A stretch of 47,261 bases of DNA, taken from contig PEWQ01000075.1 in the NCBI GenBank assembly GCA_002780065.1, forward strand, positions 1 to 47,261. The letters run 5' to 3'. Source of the DNA: Candidatus Hydrogenedentes bacterium CG07_land_8_20_14_0_80_42_17 (GTDB lineage: Bacteria; UBA8481). Both the position numbers and the translations under genes were made by a program. Shown piece after piece: positions 26,610-34,498 of this stretch (position 1 is its first letter; each line of letters begins with the position of its first letter). Under the pieces are notes generated by a model. The model had not been told where the DNA came from. It saw only the letters and a list, made by a program, of their open reading frames with translations, and made no database searches.

Positions 26610-28325
26610 TCACATCTTCTCTGGAGCATTTATGCCCATGAGCCCAAATAGCTTTCGCAACGCATATCCAACGCTTTCTACAAGATAAAGCCTTGCGGAC
26701 GATAATTCTTTTTTGTCAGAAGTCACAACGCGTAAATCGGAATTTTCTTTTCCCGCAGTCTGGTATCTATGCAAAGACTCGGAAAGGCTTGTCGATATTT
26801 CAACGAGCCTGTGCGGTTCAAGTTTAATAGCCGCCGTTTGAACTGAATCAGGAATTGCAATTAGTTTTCTCATTATTTCCAGCTCGGTTTCATCCTTCAG
26901 CAGATGCAAATTTTTGTTCGATGGCTCAATTCCGTTTTCTCTTCCATTTGCTAGAAGCTGACAGGTTCTTGCGTGAGCATACTGACAATAAAAAACCGGA
27001 TTGTCTGAAGATTTTTTTACAGCAAGATCGAGATCAAAATCAAATTGAGCAGATGCTGAGCGCGACAGGAAAAAGAAGCGAACAGGATCTCCGCCGACTT
27101 CATCAATCAGTTCTTCAAGAAGAACCACAGTTCCAGCTCGCTTCGACATCTTAACCTCTGTTCCGCCTCGTATAAGCCTTACCATCTGGCAGAGCACTAC
27201 TTCCAATTTTTCTGCAGGCAAAGAAAGCGCTTTCATTGCGGCTTTCAGGCGTATTACATGACCTGCATGATCCGCGCCCCAAACATTCACAAGTCTTTCG
27301 TAGCCTCTAAACAATTTGTCTCTATGATAAATAATGTCTGTCGTAAAATAAGTTGCGGCACCTGAGCGCCTTAAAATAATTCGGTCTGTTTCATCTCCGA
27401 ATTTGCCGGTTCTTAGAAATGTTCCGCCTTCCATAGAATCGCGATGGATTGCAGATTTTGAATCCGCACGGCGTTTCTTTTCTTTCTCTATTTCAGGTTC
27501 ATCAGCTTCGTAGATAAGATCCTTTTTTTTCAGCTCATTGATTAAATCGGGTATGGCTCCGATAAAAGATGACTCTCTAACGACTGAATCGAAAGAAATA
27601 TCCAGTCTTTTAAGCAACTTCATTATCTTTGAAAGCAAACGTTCCTTGGCAAAATCTGCGGCTCGGCATATATCCTCGCGATTGCGCTCAGAAGAAGGCT
27701 CTTTGTTTAGATTTAAATATTCGTCAACCAGCTCTTCCACTTTATAAGTTGCTGAATAAGGCGACTCAATTCCATTTTTTTTATGAATTGCCGAAAGCAA
27801 TGATTCTCCGAGCGCATCAATCTGTTTGCCGATGTCGTTTACGTAATATTCTCTGGTGACTGAAAACCCTGCGTTAGCAAAAAGCCTTGCAAGTGTGTCA
27901 CCTATAACTGCTCCCCTTCCGTGCCCGATATGAAGATCTCCTGTTGGATTTGCGGAAACAAATTCGATATTTACTTTTGTTCCAGCGCCGATATTAGAGG
28001 AAGACCACGATGAAACTCGTGTCTCTTCCAGATTTTCACAGAGTCGTTCTCGTTTTATCTTAAAGTTTATGAATCCCGGATTTGCAGGTTCCGCGTCGGC
28101 ATTTCCTTTGAATTCTTTTGCAATTTTATTCGCAATATCTATCGGCTTTTGTTTTAAAATTTTTGATAGAAGAAAGGCAATGTTAGACATGTAATCGCCG
28201 AATGTTGAATCTGAAATTTGGCTAACCGGCGGAGAATTAAATTCTTCGATGTGAGGATAAATAGAACGAATGCATTCAGATAAACTATCCGAAATCTCAG
28301 CGCATATATTGCGTCTTGTCTTCAT
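26610..28325 (-). CDS. argS: Arginine--tRNA ligase
   Basis: EFVSANPTGDLHIGHGRG, WGADHAGH, KMSKRAG, NPVFYCQYAHAR, APEKM. Confidence 0.98.
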   Translation of the reverse strand: MKTRRNICAEISDSLSECIRSIYPHIEEFNSPPVSQISDSTFGDYMSNIAFLLSKILKQKPIDIANKIAKEFKGNADAEPANPGFINFKIKRERLCENLEETRVSSWSSSNIGAGTKVNIEFVSANPTGDLHIGHGRGAVIGDTLARLFANAGFSVTREYYVNDIGKQIDALGESLLSAIHKKNGIESPYSATYKVEELVDEYLNLNKEPSSERNREDICRAADFAKERLLSKIMKLLKRLDISFDSVVRESSFIGAIPDLINELKKKDLIYEADEPEIEKEKKRRADSKSAIHRDSMEGGTFLRTGKFGDETDRIILRRSGAATYFTTDIIYHRDKLFRGYERLVNVWGADHAGHVIRLKAAMKALSLPAEKLEVVLCQMVRLIRGGTEVKMSKRAGTVVLLEELIDEVGGDPVRFFFLSRSASAQFDFDLDLAVKKSSDNPVFYCQYAHARTCQLLANGRENGIEPSNKNLHLLKDETELEIMRKLIAIPDSVQTAAIKLEPHRLVEISTSLSESLHRYQTAGKENSDLRVVTSDKKELSSARLYLVESVGYALRKLFGLMGINAPEKM

Positions 28326-28401
28326 CGTTCTTTGCCTCGTATAAACTGTGTTTATTTCTTCGTGTCAGAGCTTATAACTGCTCATCATTAATTATTCTAT
28401 T

Positions 28402-29406
28402 CTAATGGCAGGACTCTTTCAAGCTATTTTTTATCTTTTCTAATATATCTGCAAGACCCTCAGTTACAGGGGCAATTTCATATTCTATCAGGTCCCCTAT
28501 TAATACTCTGTCCTTACGCTCAAAAGCTTCAATCAATTCCTGCAGTATGCCCGCAATCTCCTGATTTCGCTCTTCAAAGCTCTTTCCTTTGATATCCAAA
28601 TCATGAGAATAATTCGGCAATTCCTTTTTGCATCTATCAACCAAAATAAAAGCCTCTTCTATTGAAGAAATGCACGCCGCGAACTCCTCCATTCCTTTTA
28701 TTGAATCTCCAATAGAAATGTTGATGGCTATATTTTCAAGTTTTTCCGGCAGTTCTCGAATTATAGGCAATTGTTCGGTTATTTCCTCCATTAGGTTACT
28801 GCCTTCTGAAGTTAATGACGCATTTTCTAAAACCAAAGGAAGAGCATGAACTAATCGGTCGCAAAGAAGTGTTAGCGAACTTCCTAGAATACCTGCCAGC
28901 GCCGCGTGATTATTATTTTTCTGAGCCTCTTCGATATGTTCGCGGATGTCGCCAAGTTTAAGAAGGAGTTTAGAAAACTTTTCACCATCGAATTCTAAGT
29001 CGTGGTACGATATGCGGAGAATGCCTTCTACTCGTTTTAATACGTCTTCGCTCCATCGCAATCCATCGACCAATTGTTTTATATCATCTGCTTGAATGCC
29101 GTTATCCTGCATTTTAGGAGCAAGCCTTGCGACTCGGTCAAGATAGTTTCCAAGCTCATGAATTGTTTCGCCGACAAGTAATCGAACGTTCTGAACCTCA
29201 ACATCCATTTTTTTGCAAGAATCTATCGGCGCCGACCGGATAGATTTATCTTCCAAAAAATTTACGGATTTATCATCAAGGCGCAGGCTTACAATTACAC
29301 AGCCTTTACCAGACATCCACTCTTGAAGTCCGTCAATGATTTCACCGAGCGTAGCTTCATTTTCGATTTCATAATCTATAGACTTGCCATTAATATAAAT
29401 ATTCAC
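28402..29406 (-). CDS. Flagellin-locus hypothetical protein (beta-grasp-like N-terminus plus two helical repeats)
   Basis: Long ORF, GTG start; internal repeat SYHDLEFDGEKF / YSHDLDIKGKSF; C-terminal AFERKDRVLIGDLIEYE. Confidence 0.7.
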   Translation of the reverse strand: MNIYINGKSIDYEIENEATLGEIIDGLQEWMSGKGCVIVSLRLDDKSVNFLEDKSIRSAPIDSCKKMDVEVQNVRLLVGETIHELGNYLDRVARLAPKMQDNGIQADDIKQLVDGLRWSEDVLKRVEGILRISYHDLEFDGEKFSKLLLKLGDIREHIEEAQKNNNHAALAGILGSSLTLLCDRLVHALPLVLENASLTSEGSNLMEEITEQLPIIRELPEKLENIAINISIGDSIKGMEEFAACISSIEEAFILVDRCKKELPNYSHDLDIKGKSFEERNQEIAGILQELIEAFERKDRVLIGDLIEYEIAPVTEGLADILEKIKNSLKESCH

Positions 29407-29497
29407 GAATAAATGTTAGTTCAAAAAAATTATTGAAGCAAAATATATTTTCAATAATTACGCAGTAATTAAATCGAAAAGAGGTAGCCGCTTCATT

Positions 29498-29530
29498 AAA
29501 AAAAAGGGCGGACGCTTTTTACGTCCGCCC
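29498..29530 (-). terminator. Rho-independent terminator after flagellin
   Basis: GGGCGGACG-loop-CGTCCGCCC followed by a T run on the minus strand. Confidence 0.85.
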
Positions 29531-29568
29531 AAAGTGGGGTCGTTATTGAACCCCGCCATCAACTTCGT

Positions 29569-30435
29569 TTATTGCAGCAACGAAAGTACGACCTGTGGAG
29601 AAATGTTTGCCTGACTCAGAGCCGAGATACCTGTCTGTTGCAGTATCTGGTTCTTCGTGAAGTTCACAATCTCTTCCGCAAAGTCAGCATCTCGTATTCG
29701 TGACTCTGCCGCGGTTATGTTCTCGGTGCTGATTCCGACGAACGCAACAACGTTCTCGAACCGATTTACATAAGCGCCAAGGTCGCCTCTCTGCCGAGAC
29801 ACTGTGTCGACAGCAGATTGAATCAGCGTAATCGCGCTTTCAGCTCCGGCCTGAGTAATTACTCCACCGCTCGTAAGACCGGCAGTGTCGCCTGTTTGCA
29901 AATTGCCCAAAGCTAAACCGGTAATCGAAATCGAAGCAATATTAACTGCAAGGCGTTCGCCTTGATTTGCACCGACCTGAAATACCAGAGAACCAGTTCC
30001 TGAAGCAAACGTGCCATTCAAAAGTATTCTGCCGTTAAACGATGTTGCTGAAGCTTGTCGTCCTATTTCAGCGATTAACTGATTTACTTCGGTCTGGATC
30101 ACTCGACGGTCAACTGTCGTATTTGTGTCGTTGGATGCCTGAACTGCCAATGTCCTTAATCTCTGAAGCATATCCGAGATCTGAGACAATCCACCTTCAG
30201 CAACCTGTATCAACGAAATAGCGTCTTGCGCGTTTCGCTTGGACTGTTCAAGACCATTAACCTGAGTTCGCATTCTTTCCGACACGCCGAATCCTGCCGC
30301 ATCATCTGCCGCACGATTGATACGAAGACCGGAAGAAAGCCGCTCGATAGACTTGTTTAAAGCTCCTGATGTTTGAGTTAGAAGCCTCGACGCAAATAGA
30401 GCCGAGACATTTGTTTTAATTCGTAAACCTGACAT
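29569..30435 (-). CDS. fliC: Flagellin, minimal D0/D1 type (288 aa)
   Basis: RLSSGLRINRAADDAAG, RNAQDAIS, FQVGAN, ESRIRDADFA; almost no hypervariable region. Confidence 0.97.
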   Translation of the reverse strand: MSGLRIKTNVSALFASRLLTQTSGALNKSIERLSSGLRINRAADDAAGFGVSERMRTQVNGLEQSKRNAQDAISLIQVAEGGLSQISDMLQRLRTLAVQASNDTNTTVDRRVIQTEVNQLIAEIGRQASATSFNGRILLNGTFASGTGSLVFQVGANQGERLAVNIASISITGLALGNLQTGDTAGLTSGGVITQAGAESAITLIQSAVDTVSRQRGDLGAYVNRFENVVAFVGISTENITAAESRIRDADFAEEIVNFTKNQILQQTGISALSQANISPQVVLSLLQ

Positions 30436-30582
30436 TTTATCACCCTCCGTGGTGAAAAGATATTATCCATCAACCGGATACTCATCTCCGCAGACAATGT
30501 CATCCCTGACATTATCGTGCGCAGTTCGCCATGGTATCCGCTGAAAGCAACTCGGGGGCCACCCGATTGCTCTTCCGATTTC
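30436..30582 (-). promoter_or_regulatory. Structured flagellin leader with CsrA-type GGA hairpins
   Basis: AATGTCA-GGGA-TGACATT (30496-30513) and SD hairpin CACC-ACGGAG-GGTG (30441-30454) on the minus strand. Confidence 0.65.
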
Positions 30583-30954
30583 CTACGACTGATCGTTAAA
30601 CAAAAGACCGACAAGTGAACCAAAGGATTGACGCATCTTTGAAATGTCTCCGGGCGGAATCATGCGAACTAATTCGCCTGTATCGCCGTCCGTAACCTTT
30701 ATTACGATCCTCCCAGTTTCCTTGTCGACAGAAAATTGAAGATTCCTGTCAATAGCTTTTGAAACAGAATTGAGTGCGTCAGCAACATCGGACACGGTCT
30801 TTTCGCTCAAACTTTTTTGCTCTTCACTTTTTTCCGAATCGAGTTTTTTTTCAAATTTCTCTTCGGATGGTTGAGCTTTAGTTTTTGGATCAGACCAATC
30901 GATTGCCAATGAACCCGCTACCTCCGGTGTAGATAATTGAAGATTGTCGGCCAT
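30583..30954 (-). CDS. flaG: Flagellar protein FlaG
   Basis: LQFSVDKETGRIVIKVTDGDTGELVRMIPP..GLLFND. Confidence 0.92.
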   Translation of the reverse strand: MADNLQLSTPEVAGSLAIDWSDPKTKAQPSEEKFEKKLDSEKSEEQKSLSEKTVSDVADALNSVSKAIDRNLQFSVDKETGRIVIKVTDGDTGELVRMIPPGDISKMRQSFGSLVGLLFNDQS

Positions 30955-31135
30955 AATATTTCACCTCCTTTCAAAATTACAAAATTGCCGCAAAATAAAT
31001 CTAAATTGCGGTTCGCTATACGGATTTTTAGGGATCAACTCAGGAATTTCCTGAGGCGCCTCTACCTCCGTGTAGCAGTCAACCTCTAGCGATAAGCTTC
31101 GGATCCGTCCGAAGTGTATAAAATCGCTAATTCAC

Positions 31136-31163
31136 TTATCGGATTAATTCAAAGAGAACTTTA
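31136..31163 (-). promoter_or_regulatory. Sigma28 (FliA/SigD) promoter
   Basis: TAAA-N16-TCCGATAA (with TAAAGTT -35) on the minus strand upstream of flaG. Confidence 0.8.
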
Positions 31164-31243
31164 GCTTTATTTTTATTTTTTTTCTACAATGTTAAGTATA
31201 TGAAGAATTGCTGCTCTAACTCTAAAAAAATTCAGGTTCGGAA

Positions 31244-32815
31244 ATGAGTAATGAACCGCTTGCAAAAACTCTGGGACTTCTTTCTGCAGAATTAGATATT
31301 TCCAAAAACGGACTTCCAATTCTTTCATCTGGAGCGCAAACTTTTTACAGCAGATATAATCCCAAAGTCGAAGCCGAACGATTTGCTTCAACTATTACTT
31401 CGAAAAAAGTTTGCATAATCGGACTGGGACTTGGATATATCGCAGAGGTGTTAGGCGACAGATTGCAAAGTATTTTATCGTTTGAAGGTGAAAGCGCGCG
31501 TTTGAAAGCCGTAGCTCCTGATTCGTTTCAAAAGTTATTCGATAAGATTAAGGAATTTTCAAACCTTATCGAACTTGAGCGTGCCGCCGCGAATTCAATG
31601 AGTCCCAATGTTTCGTTTGTAATAGAACCGTCGATTGCGAAAGCACCTCAACTTTTTATTCGGCTTCAAGATCTTCTCAAAATGTTTTCGACGCAAATTC
31701 GCTGTGCCGTAATTCATCTGAGGACTGCCGGAGATGTAATACGTTCTCTTCAAGCGGTTCAGAATTTTAAACAACAAAATCCAAATTGGAAGATTACTTT
31801 TATTACTGAAGAGCCTTACGGAGAACTTGCGGAGATGGCGAAAGGTATCGATGAAGTAATTGAAGTTTCAAAAGATGCTTCGGCTATTCCTGAACTGCCA
31901 AGGCAGTTAATTGCATTCAATCTCGGAGCCGAACCTAAAGCCGTTCAAATTCTTTCGAGTTTTAATCCGGTATTCTCCGTAGGCTTTTCAGGAAAAGAAT
32001 TAGCTTTGATAGACGACAGAAACATGAAGCATGCAGAAGAACTCGCGCTTATCCGCAATCGAATGAATCGATACCATTTTTATCAAATGCTTCTCGGTCT
32101 CACGCCATCTTTTGATACTCCGAAACTTAGTTTAGAGTGGAAGCCGCAGGATTATAATGTGGTTCAATTCGGAGCAGGAAGCGGTGCGGAGATCTGGGAT
32201 GCAAAAAGAATTCGACCGGAAATAATCGGAGAAGCAATAAAAAAATATGGCGGGAAGTGGATCGCAGTCGGTTCTAAAGACGAATTTGTGCGCGCACAGA
32301 CTGCCGGGATTGCCGAAGAAGATAATTATTGCGGAAAGACTAATTGGAAAGATCTGGCTGAACTTATTTCAGGAGCGAAAATATATCTGGGACACGATAG
32401 CGGGCCTACTCATCTTTCCTCAGCGCTCGGAGCTCCAACACTTGCGCTCTTCGGATTCACTTCTCCTATACTCAACGAGCCTGTGGGACCGAGAACCTTG
32501 TTACTACAAGCCGACATGCCTTGCGCATTCAGAGGCTGTAAAGTTGCATGTTCGGAAAAAACCTGTGCAAATTCTTTTGACAGCTTCGCAATTATTGCAG
32601 GAATTGATTTACTGCTTGCAAATACTTTATCTGAAAGATTAGATGCGGCGGAGAAGTTAACTGCGAGCGGAATAAGATATTTCATTCCGCAGATTTCAGT
32701 CGAAGATGAAAATCCTTTTAGAAAAGATTTGATCGGCGAGCCTAGAATAGGCTGTCCAATTGATTTACCTCTGGCACTTCTCAGAGAATGGCTGGAACTG
32801 AGAGAGCGTTATTGA
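31244..32815 (+). CDS. Maf-like N-terminal domain fused to a family 9 glycosyltransferase
   Basis: FYSRYNPKVEAERF..IIGLGLGYI at the N-terminus; TAGDVI, GKTNWKDLA, HDSGPTHLSSALGAPTLALFG and Cys cluster of GT9. Confidence 0.75.
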   Translation: MSNEPLAKTLGLLSAELDISKNGLPILSSGAQTFYSRYNPKVEAERFASTITSKKVCIIGLGLGYIAEVLGDRLQSILSFEGESARLKAVAPDSFQKLFDKIKEFSNLIELERAAANSMSPNVSFVIEPSIAKAPQLFIRLQDLLKMFSTQIRCAVIHLRTAGDVIRSLQAVQNFKQQNPNWKITFITEEPYGELAEMAKGIDEVIEVSKDASAIPELPRQLIAFNLGAEPKAVQILSSFNPVFSVGFSGKELALIDDRNMKHAEELALIRNRMNRYHFYQMLLGLTPSFDTPKLSLEWKPQDYNVVQFGAGSGAEIWDAKRIRPEIIGEAIKKYGGKWIAVGSKDEFVRAQTAGIAEEDNYCGKTNWKDLAELISGAKIYLGHDSGPTHLSSALGAPTLALFGFTSPILNEPVGPRTLLLQADMPCAFRGCKVACSEKTCANSFDSFAIIAGIDLLLANTLSERLDAAEKLTASGIRYFIPQISVEDENPFRKDLIGEPRIGCPIDLPLALLREWLELRERY

Positions 32816-34152
32816 TGAGAACTCTGGTCATACTTCCGAACGCAATCGGCGATGTAATTTGCGGAATTGGAATTGCAAAAAAGTTTCTCGAAGATGGTTC
32901 AGTGACGTGGATTGTAAATTCGTCAGCGGCAGGCGTATTGAAGAATGAAGGATTTGAGCTGATTCATTCCCCTTCGAAATCTGTGCAGAATATGAACAGA
33001 TTCGGCGCGCGAATCGAAACTATGCGCGGAGTTTTAAAAGACTTTCTTTTCGATCTATCGAAATTCGGGAAATGGGACAGAGTAGTGAATCTGCATCTAA
33101 CCAGAGCATCGTCATTGATAGCAGGTGGAGCTAGTGCGCAAGAATACAAAGGTCCTGCATTGAACGATAAAATTATTTCCGATACATGGTCGGACTTTTT
33201 TATCTCTTCAATTACTTTGGGATTGAATCCTCTCTTCGATGTTGCAGAACGTTATTCTATGATTGCAGGATTTAAAGAAATAGTAAGAACTGATTTTCGC
33301 CATAAGCGAATTAAAAATGAAAGACGTATCTGTCTGCATCCGGGCTCAGGCTGGGAAACGAAAAGGCTTTCAGTAAAGCAGGCGGCGGAAATAGCTGACG
33401 GTCTGAACGAATTCGGAGAAGTGGCAATCATCGGTGCTTCGCATGAAGCAGAGATGCTCGATGCAATAAAAAGAGAAATGAAATCCAAGCCGGAAGAATT
33501 CTGCCCGGGAAAAATAGATATTGCTTTGCAACAGATTCTCTCTTCATGCCTTGTCGTCACGACTGATACTTGGGCTCTTCATGCGGCTCGCGCAGCAAGA
33601 ATTCCAACAATCGCCTTACTTGGACCGACGCGTGTTTTTCCATCGAACTCCGGTTTCGCAATTTCGCCGTTTGAAGAGCCGTCATGGAAAGATAAAGATG
33701 ATACTTCCATTAACAAAATAAATTCTCGAGAAGTTGTAAAACTTGCGGAAAGCATTTTAGATGGAACCGAATTGGATTCCGCTGATTTTCAGAATTGCGT
33801 ATGGGATTGCAGAAATGACTTTCCCGCGCCTATAACTCCATTGCCTGATTCCGGAGCGAGAACGGCTCAGAGAATATTTGCATGGGCAAGAGGCAAAGCA
33901 TTCGCTGAAATTGTAAAGAGCATCTTTCCGGAGTTGCCGCAACCCATACTTATGCCGGCAAACCTACTCAAACAAAATTATAGAGAATTGCCTTCAATTG
34001 CAAAATTGAAAGAGAACTCTAATTCAGAGGGCAGAAAAAAGTTTCCGCTTTTTGAAACTACTTTTTCAGGAAAAGATGCTGAAAGAATTCAAAAGAGATG
34101 GATACAAAGAACATTGGAACTGATTTCCGACTTCGAACAAAATAATCGGTAG
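32815..34152 (+). CDS. Family 9 glycosyltransferase (divergent)
   Basis: AIGDVI, LHPGSGWETKR, TDTWALHAARAARIPTIALLGPT; ATG 32815 overlaps the upstream stop. Confidence 0.85.
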   Translation: MRTLVILPNAIGDVICGIGIAKKFLEDGSVTWIVNSSAAGVLKNEGFELIHSPSKSVQNMNRFGARIETMRGVLKDFLFDLSKFGKWDRVVNLHLTRASSLIAGGASAQEYKGPALNDKIISDTWSDFFISSITLGLNPLFDVAERYSMIAGFKEIVRTDFRHKRIKNERRICLHPGSGWETKRLSVKQAAEIADGLNEFGEVAIIGASHEAEMLDAIKREMKSKPEEFCPGKIDIALQQILSSCLVVTTDTWALHAARAARIPTIALLGPTRVFPSNSGFAISPFEEPSWKDKDDTSINKINSREVVKLAESILDGTELDSADFQNCVWDCRNDFPAPITPLPDSGARTAQRIFAWARGKAFAEIVKSIFPELPQPILMPANLLKQNYRELPSIAKLKENSNSEGRKKFPLFETTFSGKDAERIQKRWIQRTLELISDFEQNNR

Positions 34153-34186
34153 ACATTACTCTACATTTCTGCTAAATATTTACTCA

Positions 34187-34384
34187 CGTAGGTTGCAATC
34201 GTTCTAAGAATGATTGATGAAAAGTTGATGAACTCAGCTTTTTTAGGGAAGACGGTGCGAAGCCGTCGCGGACCCGCCGCTGTAACCATGGACGAAAACC
34301 GCAATGTGCCACTATTCTGAGCTTGTCGAAGAATGGTAAGGCGCGGCGAGTAGGATGATGTGGGAGCCAGAAGACCTGCCTACG
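34187..34384 (+). ncRNA. Cobalamin riboswitch
   Basis: P1 CGTAGGT/GCCTACG; AGGGAAGACGGTGCGAAGCCGTC; CCCGCCGCTGTAA; GCCACT; B12 box GAGCCAGAAGACCTGCC; directly upstream of btuB. Confidence 0.93.
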
Positions 34385-34445
34385 AATTTATTTTTGGCGC
34401 GCGCGTCTCGAGGATAGGACGCGGAGTATGCGGGATTGAACACGG

Positions 34446-34478
34446 AATCCCCGCTTCTATTGGAGCGGGGATTTTTTT
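34446..34478 (+). terminator. Riboswitch expression-platform terminator
   Basis: AATCCCCGCTTC-loop-GGAGCGGGGATT plus T run, 20 nt before the btuB ATG. Confidence 0.85.
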
Positions 34479-34498
34479 GCGCCCGAGGAGTTACAAAA

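Noticed and set aside
34436-34498. ORF-track N-terminal extension of btuB
   Set aside because: Runs through the riboswitch terminator; ATG 34499 has an SD and begins a signal peptide.
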